Shown one piece after another: positions 53,029-64,000 of a DNA stretch of 64,000 nt (positions are counted from its first letter, which is position 1; each line of letters begins with the position of its first letter). The stretch is from the human T2T-CHM13v2.0 reference genome, Homo sapiens. The translations under genes and the position numbers were made by a program. Location: assembly GCF_009914755.1 (NCBI RefSeq), contig NC_060944.1. The stretch is one strand, 5' to 3'. Below the pieces are notes generated by a model. The model was given only the letters and a program-made list of their open reading frames with translations. It was not told the origin of the DNA and made no database searches.

Positions 53029-54648
53029 TGTAGAGACCCTGAAGGGACTTGAAACCCATACTATTGAGTTTACACCTTGCGAACAGCACAGTGGGGCTAT
53101 GGAAAATGCCATTTAAGGAGAGGAGAGGGTGGTTAGATATTTTTTTTAAAAAAGAAAAGAATCCCAGTGGTCACCAGGTAGAAACTTGATTGCAGCGACA
53201 CAGGACTGCAGTCAGGGGAAAAGTGGGGCACTGCTGAAGTTATCCAGGAGACGGGGCTTGTGGTTGCATTGGAGGAAATGGCAGGACATGGAGGCCCAGG
53301 AGCTGATTTCAGAGCCATTAAGAAGCAGCATCTACAGAGTGCAGGAAATCCAGTCTCTTCTCTCTGCCTTGGGCTCAATTTGTTGGGAAATGGTGGTGGT
53401 GGATAGCAGACATGTGGGTACCAAGTACCCCATATGATAGAATAAGTACTGGAGAGACTGAGCTGATCCACACATGAAAGCCACACTCATGGAGTTTCCC
53501 CACTACATCCCCCTTCACCTGGATGGATTTTCCAAGCAGTGCTGAGAATAACAAAGGTTCATCCTCAGAATGAACTCCTTCAAGCATCACATCCCCGATG
53601 TGGCCATCTTTAAACCATCTCCTTGTTTCAATTAAGAGCAACAGCAATGTGGGCCACAGAACCCGGTGGCGGGAACCCTGGGCTTTGTTTATTGCCTAAC
53701 ACCTTGGCAATGTTTGATGACTCGCTGCTCCTGTTGGTTGGGAATCTATTTCTTTGCCCTGGAAATTGTGACTTCTAGACTGAAGATGAAAGATGGACTT
53801 TTTCTCTTTGCTTTGTTTTTCCTTGTTGGTTAGTCACTTTCATTCAATGTCATGCTTTTTGGCGGAGGTGGTGCCTTAAGATCTTGGACCTACTGAGTCA
53901 GTTGGGGCAGGTTTCTCAGCAGTTTCCTCAGTGCCTGCCGGATTGTGAGATGTGCTGGAGATGGGAATAACTTTTTCACACTTTACATGTTCCAGGAAGG
54001 ACTTGGTGGTGAGTGAAATGGCTTCCTCTGGCCTGCACTCTGGAGATTACACCATCTTCTAGAGCTGGGTTCATTAACTCAGATGTCTAAAGGACCCAGG
54101 CAAGTTACACAAATGAATCCACTGACAGGTGTAATATAATGGTGATGTGGCAAGGACTGTGATTAACTGAACAGTTCTTGGCTTTTATAACAGACACAGC
54201 TATGACAATGTGTTGCTAGATCTCTCAATTTTTTTAGTTCATTCAAAACTATGCTTTTCTAATTGGATACTTACAAAGGAATATGGGTAAAACATACATG
54301 TGAATTATCAAGCATACTAATACTATGAGCACCTATCAACCTATCTATTTGAACTCCATTCAAATAGAACATTGTAAGTATTGTTCAGGTTTCTTGAGTG
54401 AGACCCCCAATATTACACACCTGCCATCTGCAGTAGCTGCTGACTAAAATTGAATGTTTATAATTCCCTCGTTTTCCTCTATAGCTTTACCACATGGGTT
54501 TATATCCCAAAACAAGGTATTATTGACTCATTGCACATATACAAAGAGACAAGTACAAAAATATTCAGTGAAATTATTTGTATTAGCCCAGAAATTTTCA
54601 TTAAAGGAGAATATAAAAATATATTGTGGTTTTAAAGGCATAAAGATG

Positions 54649-55160
<512 letters not shown>

Positions 55161-55269
55161 TTAAAAATGCCTATGACTGCCAAATAAAATCTGTCTTTGG
55201 ATGATATCCTGTGAGCTGCATGCTTCTGACTTCTGCTCTAGGAACTTAGATCAACTCTTGTTTTAACAT

Positions 55270-55495
55270 CTGTGACGCACCTACTATATGCCAGTTCCTT
55301 ATATTTCGTCATTTAAGCCTCACAACCCCTCAATAGGGCAGAAATTATTATTAGTTTTAGTCCCATCTTATCACTGAGGCACAGAGAGAGGAAGTGGTTT
55401 TCCCAAAGCTATACCACCAGGAAGTACCAGAGCTAAGATTTGAACCCCGCCACTCAGCCTCAAAAATCCTATTTGTAATTACTGTGCTAAACTGC
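55270..55495 (-). mobile_element. MIR SINE
   Basis: gcacctactatatgccag...cctcacaaccc...actgaggcacagagag...gagctaagatttgaaccc. Confidence 0.8.
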
Positions 55496-55919
55496 CTCTT
55501 CCCTCCCACCTGGTGGTTGATTTTTGCTGAAGATGTGTATGTGGTAAATTCACAGACGACACTATTCTCAAGGTTTTCAGTTTCCCTGGAAATAGAGCAC
55601 TGACTTAAAAAAAAAAAAAAAATAGTCAACCTGGGTTTTGCCTAACAGGAAATTCACAGTTTCATCTTTCAAAAAGAAATTCCGAACTCAGCCAAGAAGC
55701 CAAGATCAAGCACATCATGGTCAGCAAGCATCAACAGAAGGTTTTAGGTTGCTGTATGGAGTCTCTCTGGTCTCTGGGTCAATTTTTTATATCATGGTTG
55801 CCCTTTATAATGAGGGCATCAATTCTGATGAGATATAGATGGAGATATTCTTAAATAGGTTACAGTATGTGAAGTTTCTGAAGTCAATGGCCATTGTGTC
55901 TCTGAAATAAAAATACCTT

Positions 55920-56430
55920 TGTTTCTTCTGGCTATAAAAGGAATACACATACATTGTAAAGTGTGGAAAGAAATTTAAAATCACCCACAGATATCACCAC
56001 TGGTAATATTTGGACTACAGCCTTTCAAAAGCTTTTTCACATAGAGATGCGTAATGTAAACATTATAATCATATAGAGGATAGCGTAATCCAGTAGAGTT
56101 TTACAATCTTTTTTTTCCTGAGTACTTAAGGAGAATATCTTTTTCCATCAACAGATAAAGAAACACGTAAAAATTTTAAATGGTGATAAATATTCCATTG
56201 TATGGATAGGACATATTTATTTAACCTATTAACTTCGCCTTATTGCTGAATGTGGGCTTTATTTTTTTTAAAATTTCTTTCTATTCTAAACAACACTGAG
56301 ATGAACATCCTTCTATTTGCATCTTTGCACACTTGTCTATTTTTCTTTTTGGGATAGCATCCCAGAAGTAGAATTGCCAAAATTATGCCTGTTTAATGCT
56401 TTTGCTACTTATTGCCAAATCACCCTAGAA
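55920..56430 (-). mobile_element. Old L1M 3' fragment
   Basis: tattccattgtatggat...gatgaacatcctt...catctttgcacacttg...cccagaagtagaattgcc...tattgccaaatcaccct. Confidence 0.7.
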
Positions 56431-57149
56431 AGGATAATTTATTGACTTGCACATAAAGGGCTTGCTTAATGGGATTTGATATTCACAAGCTTTGAAGGTG
56501 CTATCGCAGCCTGTCATGTCTGGGGCCTGGAGGTCCTCTCTGATGTAAATCAAAACATTTGAGTTAACAACATTCAGCCTTGTCAGTCACCCACAAATTA
56601 TAGGAGGCCTCCTCTGTCTTTGTCAATAACAAAAAAGGGAAAAATTACTCCAAAATGGCATAAAAATTAGGAACCAGACAAGTAGTCACCAAAAGAAGAC
56701 AAGTGAGACAACAGTTGAAGAATTTCAGATTTGTAGTGGAGTGCAGCAAGTGAACAGGAATTGTCTGGGTTTATAGAGAAAGGCCTGTAGCATCTGACTC
56801 CTGCGTGCTTGGTGACAGGGTCAGTAGCACAGAGCTGGGCACAGAGAAGTCACTCACACAGACGGCAAGGGTGGAAAAGTGTATAGAGGGTTGAGGAGCT
56901 TCACTCTGTAGTGGGAGGGTATGATCCTCAACAGCAGCAGAATGTTAATTTCCTTAAGTCTTAAATCTTGCCCTGATATGGTATAGATTTTTCTCTGCAA
57001 CTCTTTCATATTTTCAGCTCTTGCATTCTGTAGCACCACATGGGAGAATATGTTACTCAAGAGAAAATTTTTAGTGATGTGTGTTTTGTCTTCATTTCTG
57101 AAAATAGTCTCAGTTGTGGAAAGGCAAGTAATCCATGTGCAGCATGATT

Positions 57150-57243
57150 AGGGAAGGAAGGAAAGAAGGAAGGGAGGGAGGGAGGAGAGAGGAAAGGAAG
57201 AAAGGAAGGAAGGAAGATAGGAAGAGAGAAAGAAAGAAAGAAA
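57150..57243. repeat. Polypurine (GGAA/GAAA/GGGA) tract
   Basis: gggaaggaaggaaagaaggaagggagggag... Confidence 0.9.
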
Positions 57244-58029
57244 TTCAAAGCTTGAGTCTTTAAAATCTTTGCGTCTCTAAAAGAAAAGGATTTAGTTATG
57301 GGTCTGATGCATACAGCTGGTATTTCTAGCAACTAGTGTGGGCTTCTTTTTTCTGCTGCAATCTATTCATTCTGTGCATCTTACCACAAATTGCTCCAAG
57401 AGGAAACACAGCCTCCTTAGGAGGCTAAAGTCCAACGAACGTCAGATCCAGAACAACATTGCTTTGCGTCTCTATTTAACGTTAGAGCGGATGACTTTTT
57501 GACACGTTTATAGCTGACGAGTTCTATAGCCAGTCATGCAGGACGATTACGTTTGAACTAATTTGATGAATCAACTTGATGTTCTCCCATAGCCCCCATA
57601 ACCTTCAGGAGCATATGTACCCAATTTTCAACTGGAAGTCAAAAAGAAGCTTTGAAATTTGGCTAATCCCATCATATCCGCAGGACCCGTCTGGTGGAAT
57701 AATCTTGGGACATAAACTCTTGATTGATGCCAAAAATGGGAAGAACCACTTGGTAATATCATCAGGGCCATCAGTCAGGCCCTTGGTAGGTCTTGAGATA
57801 GGGTTTCAGAGGCCAGCGATTGTTTTGTGAGTTCTTGAATAATTTTGTGGTGAGGGAAGCAGAGTTCATTGTCAAAGCATTTGGGGGTCAGACCCCGGGG
57901 AAAAATCATTTCTCATTGTTGGATTCAGTTTGATGGGGATTTGTGAGAACCGATGAGGAGGCGTAAAGATTTCCTGAGTTACTTTTCCCCATGTCCTGAT
58001 TTTTTTTTTTTTCCGACTCCTTTCTTGCC

Positions 58030-58270
58030 AGGAGGCCTGCTAGCATAGTCATTCAGAGCATGAGTGTGGGAGTAAGAATGCCTGGACATAAATCCTGCCC
58101 TTACCACACTCCCATCATTGCACAATACTGGGCCAGTCACTTCACTTCTCTGCAACTTGCCTTGCTCTGTGAAATGTAGATAATAATCGTTCATACCCAT
58201 GGGGTTATACTGGAATTAAATATAACAGTATGTACAAAGGGACATAAACAGTGCCTGATATATAAGCTTT
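58030..58270 (+). mobile_element. MIR SINE
   Basis: gcatagtcattcagagcatg...cctggacataaatcctgcc...tgggccagtcacttcacttctctg. Confidence 0.75.
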
Positions 58271-58894
58271 CAGATACTAGAAGCTATTGGCTATAGACTA
58301 GTGAATTTTGGTGACTTTCCATGCCCAGAAAGTTGATAGAACTTGATTAATCCAAACAGATTAAGTAAGTAGATGCTATGATTTGAATTCACAGCTGGTA
58401 TTATTTTTTCCCCAAAATCGTTAGCAAAAAGACTATTGTGCCATCACATAGTAAAACTGATTCTTGCTATCGAGAATAGTCCTTTTCTACAGCTGAGAGT
58501 TACTAGTATGTGGAACCGGCTGAAAGCAGGTGGCTTGCTACATCATAAATTGGGTTGGCTGGGTACTTCATGTGTTCATTCCACCCATATTTATCGAGTT
58601 TTTCCTACTGCATGCCAGTGTCAATGTGTGATGTGAAAAGAGGAGAATATTTTGGGGAAAAGCGAACATAAGCTCTACCAGTGACTACCTATGTAAGCAA
58701 GTCACTTAATCACTCTGGGCCACAGTATCTTCATCATTAAATTGAGATAAGCATGATCCGCCTTCTAACGTCTCCTGCAAGGAGCAGATGGGATTGTATA
58801 ATCCAAGGGCCTAGGTCAGTGGCTGGCACATAGAAGGTGCTCAATAATTGCTGTTTTTATGCCAGGAATTTGTTTTAGTCGCCCTCTGCATTGA

Positions 58895-59365
<471 letters not shown>

Positions 59366-59419
59366 TTAATAATACACTGTTTACTAGTAAATCAACACGT
59401 GGGAAACAATAGACAGAGA

Positions 59420-59580
59420 CTTGTGGGAGCATGGACTTTGAAGTCAGAACTGGGTACAAATCAGGCTTGGAAACACTAGCTAGATGCCCCCTTGGACAGG
59501 TTACTTAATTTCTCTGAGGCTCAGTTTTCTCATTTACAAGTTATTTGTAATAACAGCTGCATTAAAGGGTTGTTGGCTTA
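59420..59580 (+). mobile_element. MIR SINE
   Basis: gagcatggactttgaagtcaga...ttggacaggttacttaatttctctgaggctcagttttctcattt. Confidence 0.75.
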
Positions 59581-59649
59581 TATATATTATCAATAGCTTT
59601 TATTATAGTGCTGCAAAATAAGGTGTCTGCCCCATAGAGGTATTGAAAA

Positions 59650-60360
59650 TCTACTCACTGGGCATCTACTTTGTGCCAGGCACTGGGTACTGGGGATAAA
59701 GAGTGAGCAAGACAGACAAGATCCCTGGCTTCAGGGAGATGACGAACTGGTGGGCAGGCTGGACAATAAATAACCATGATGACTTTTGGTGAAATAGAAT
59801 TTCCAAGAAGATAAAATAGAATAATGTGTTTGTGAGTCGGAAGTTATTTTACAGGAGGTAATCAAGAAAAGCTCCTTTGAGGAAGGAACATGAAAACAGT
59901 TACCAATGAGAAGAAGGACCCAAGCATGCCAGGATTTGAGGGCGAGGGCTTCCAGGTTGAGGGAACAGCAAGGGCAAAGGCCCTAAGGCAGAAATGTTTG
60001 CTCCAGGGTTCTTTTCACACCACAAACAATGAAGAGAATGGCCCATGGTAAAGTCCAAGATCCTCAAGAGCCCACTCCTGCAGGATCTTATAGGTCAGGA
60101 TAAAATATTTGGATTTTATTCTGAGTGTGATGGAAACGATTGGCAGGGTTTTCACAGCTGGGTGGCAGAGTCTCACTTCCTTTTCAAGGTGGATTACTCC
60201 AGCAGCTGTGAAGATTATAGAGATCAGGATAGCAGGAAGGCAAGTAAGGAGACTCCTGTCTAGAAAGAGATAATTATCACTGGAACAAAGAGGATGGCAG
60301 TGGTGAGGGAGGCATGAACGACTTAGGACGTGGTTTGCAGGCAGCACCACAGGATGTAGT
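59650..60360 (-). mobile_element. L2 LINE fragment
   Basis: catctactttgtgccaggcactgg...gagggaacagcaagggcaaaggccct...tttggattttattctgagtgtgatggaaac. Confidence 0.85.
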
Positions 60361-61669
60361 AGAGGTGAAGCAGAGAGAAGGCACCTGGCCTCTGTCAGCC
60401 CACACGACTACAAGCCTGGAAGCCTCAAGTTGCATTTCTTATTCTCTGGTTGCTTCTCCACTCTCCTCTGTGATTTGCTGCTGGGTGCCTTGATCTCCAT
60501 AGCAATGAGTCCTCTTTTCTCCTGTGAGACTGATCTGGGGATCAGGAACCTCACCTCTGACTCCCAGTAGAGGTGAAATCAGCAGTGGTTCAAGGGAAAG
60601 AGGCAATGCAGCAGAGACTGATTTCTGGGATGAGGTTTTTTGTTTTTTTGTTTTTTAGTTTTTTAATTCAATATTTACATGGGTCCACTTAGTGTCATAA
60701 AAGGTTTTAAAGGAACTTGCTATAAAAACTCAAGAGGAAATTAAATGCAAACCAGTACACACCAGATGCAAGATAGGAATCAAGAAATATAGTGAATATT
60801 TCCTGTGGTATATTAATTAAAATATTATTTCCCCGTAGGAATATAATAGGATGCCATGATCTATTGATTTATTTATTCAACTAGAATTTGCCATATATGT
60901 CGCTCCAAGCTGGATATGAGGAAAGGGAGGTAGATAACAGTCCCTACTCTCAGGGAGCTTTCAGTTTAATGGGGAAGACAAGTATCAAAGAATCTCTATA
61001 AAAGAAAGCAGAGTTCATTGGTTTCATAGCAGAGAGTAGCTATTTGTGTAGCAGCGGAGTGTAGGTGACAGACACATTAGGATCACTTTTATACTACAAA
61101 GATTAGAAGTGCACATCAAACCATTAGCATCAGATAGATATTCCTGACTGAAGACCTATTCATAAGTGTATATTTTTTATACATATTTGTTAGAATATCA
61201 GTGATTAAGAAAATATACACATATTATTCACTTAAATATAAAATATGTTTATTGATCTTTAGGAAAGACATTTCACAAATAATCCTTCAATGCCATATTA
61301 CCAAGTAAAATTTTCCTCTAACTCAATGACTAATTCCGCTTCTCGACCACAGAAAAAGGTTGAATATGCTATTGTGTGCAGAGCAACAAATGAAGTAAAA
61401 ATTTATGATGTACCCACTTAATTTGACCCACATGTACTCAGGATTTCACGTGAGGCTTGGGAGTTATTTATTCCTTGCTGAAATGATTCTATTCTCTTAC
61501 CTTGCTTTTTCTTTTCTCAATATGATAAACATTAATTAAGTATCTGCTTTGTGCAAGACACTGTGATCCGAATAAGCAAGTCATGTTCTGTGATGTTAAA
61601 TGTTATAAAAATAACTTTTATTATTCATATTATAACAGGAAATTTACATTTTGAATGTACCTTTAATAA

Positions 61670-62110
61670 CGTGTATGTATATGCACGTATACATACACAC
61701 ATATATACACATATGTATTAGAAAGAAATAGAAACACATATACATACACACATATATAAACACATATATTAGAAATAAATACACATATATATTAGAAAGA
61801 ATTAGAAATAAAAGAAGTTTTAAAAAGTAAAAATGTATTCTACATTTTATTATGTATATCATATATAATATAGAGAGGTTGGGTTTATTGCATTACACAT
61901 TATATATTATATATGATATTTATAATCTGTACATAATATGTGTATGTATTACTATGTATATGTATGTATATTATATATGTATTTATAATATATATTATAT
62001 AATTATATATATTACATAAAGTATATATTATATATTTTAAAAGCATGTAACAATACATATTCATATATAACAAACATTATTTCACATAAACTTTATATTA
62101 TATATGTGTA
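61670..62110. repeat. AT-rich (TA)n/(TACA)n low-complexity region
   Basis: Long tatatatt/atacac tracts. Confidence 0.85.
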
Positions 62111-62119
62111 GATAGACAT

Positions 62120-62398
62120 CTCTTTAATGGAATCATATTGCTTATATTTGCTGTAATTTTGCTTTTTTACTTAGTTTCATGAATATCAGTTTAGTCATTA
62201 AATATTCCTTTACATTTTAATAGCTGCTGAATATTTCACTTTTTAAGTTGATAGTATTGTATTTAATTATGGTATTAGTGCAGTGTATTAGTATTATAAT
62301 CCTCCTAATGTTGCATTTATTTATTTTTTCCCTGATCATTTCTGTTATGAGGAACATCCTGTCAGTTAAATAAGATTCTTTCCCTATGATGAATTTTC
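62120..62398 (-). mobile_element. Old L1M fragment ending abruptly
   Basis: gcttttttacttag...tagctgctgaatatttcact...gaggaacatcctg...tttccctatgatgaatttt. Confidence 0.5.
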
Positions 62399-62825
62399 AG
62401 GCGCCGCCTCCGAGGTCGGGGCTTCCTGATAATTGCCAGTGTCACCCTTGCCAGGTCACTCAGGCACGGGTCAGTGAGCGCTCAGGAAGCAGAGGCAGAA
62501 AGGGCTCCACGTGTGCTATCACTAGTCAGATTATTCTGCACACAATAAAACATTCTTTTGTACAAAAGTGAAATCCCTAAGTCAAACTGTGGCTTATAAG
62601 CAGAAATCCTGGTTAGTATTTCAAAGTTCTCTTAGCGTTTTCTCCTGCGACTTAAAAGACTTAAAAACGTGAAAAGACATGGACCTAAGACTCCAAACAA
62701 AAATACATTTCTTTGAAACTAAATAGCTCTTAAGTAAGAAAAAATTCTATAGATCTTCAAATCATCCCCTAAGCAAAATATTCTCTAATTAAGTATTTCT
62801 GTATTTCCATCTATGTTCTTCCCAG

Positions 62826-62858
62826 GCTTGGGGCTGTTGATCAGACCTATTTTTACGG
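62826..62858 (+). other. Candidate 33-nt exon with canonical splice sites
   Basis: ctctaat branch-like motif, tttccatctatgttcttcccag| 33 nt |gtaagt. Confidence 0.3.
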
Positions 62859-63301
62859 GTAAGTTTCTAGGGGTCATAGAAGATACAGATTTTGACCTGC
62901 TTAATGTCAAGAGGTTGCACGGTTGATTTGTCCAGTTGTGAATTCTATGAATGAAGCTTTTTGCTTAAATAAAACGATATTCCCCTCTGGCTGCTGTGAG
63001 CACCGGGAGACTTGTTTCGGCAGTGCCTGGGTGCTGGGGCAGGGCCGGTGGCCCTGGATCATCCGCTACCAACAGGACTTGCCTGTGTGCATCTGGTCCA
63101 CCCTCTCTCCACACCCAACTTCATGAGATGCACAGGGGCCTGTGTGCAGAGCAGGGCGAGTCTGCCAGGACAGAATGCCTGGGTCTGCTTGGTTGGGTCT
63201 CCACATGCGCTCAGGTAAATCTCAGTCTGTCGCTCATGCTCGTATTCACTGTGCTGACAAGCTCCAAGCTTGGACAGCGTGTTTAGTGTACCGCAGGATC
63301 A

Positions 63302-63489
<188 letters not shown>

Positions 63490-64000
63490 AACTGCCCAGA
63501 ATTTGAATGTTGTACTTGAAACCTGCTTGATCCTTAAAGTTCATTTCTAGTCATCTCCATCAATAAGCCTTTGGGTTTGAGAAGCAGAAGCTTACTATCC
63601 CAGCTAACTTGGGCCTTACAGGAAGATTGGGTTTCTCCCCTGGGGAAGAGTGGAGGGTTGCTGTTTACGGCCTGTCTACTCCTACCAAGCACTGTGCTAG
63701 GCATGATGAATGCCTTTCCTGCTGAATCCTCTTCTCACTAAGAGTATTGATCATCTCCATTTCACAGGAGAAATGGATCTGAAAGTGATGACATAATGGC
63801 TGCCTTTTCTTAGAAAATCCCAAACCCTGGCCCCTCCTTTAGGTGCCTCCCCAAGCTCTCATTCTGTCTACTTCTTTAACTTTGTCCCATGTCCAGCCTT
63901 TCCTTCCTCTGGCTACACCAACCGCTTTTTAACACATGTTGCTTAACACATATTTAATGAGGGTCTACCTGTACCAGGTGTGAATAAAAGAGCATCCAGA

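Noticed and set aside
57150-57243. GGAA microsatellite enhancer (EWS-FLI1 type)
   Set aside because: Too interrupted; only short runs of consecutive GGAA.

Overview
Primate (human-like) non-coding genomic DNA, most likely part of a large intron or gene desert. I find no supportable protein-coding exon, RNA gene or CRISPR array. The ORF track is explained by Alu, L1 and microsatellite sequence or by chance; the only recognisable protein fragment is the C-terminus of L1 ORF2p in a truncated L1PA. Positions ~1-6400 contain no transposon I can recognise, are AT-rich but retain CpG, and carry homeodomain/TCF/MEIS-type motifs. The rest is a mosaic of ancient MIR/L2, MER DNA transposons, MaLR solo LTRs (MLT1, THE1D), L1 fragments, about 12 Alu elements or fragments (several with readable TSDs), microsatellites and a 79-bp x10 minisatellite. 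Most L1/LTR copies lie on the minus strand, hinting at a plus-strand host transcript (inference). The most unusual signals are: (1) four perfect 14-30 bp-arm hairpins with template-switch signatures, the best a 30-bp stem overwriting part of a FLAM; (2) a CpG-rich ancient L2/CTCF-like element at ~9-10 kb; (3) a CpG-rich ~1 kb block at 62.4-63.3 kb holding a canonical 33-nt candidate micro-exon beside a young-looking truncated Alu; (4) the TAATCC-bearing VNTR. I cannot name the locus and I do not see a demonstrably novel biological system. Repeat family calls come from recalled consensus similarity; boundaries of old repeats are approximate.
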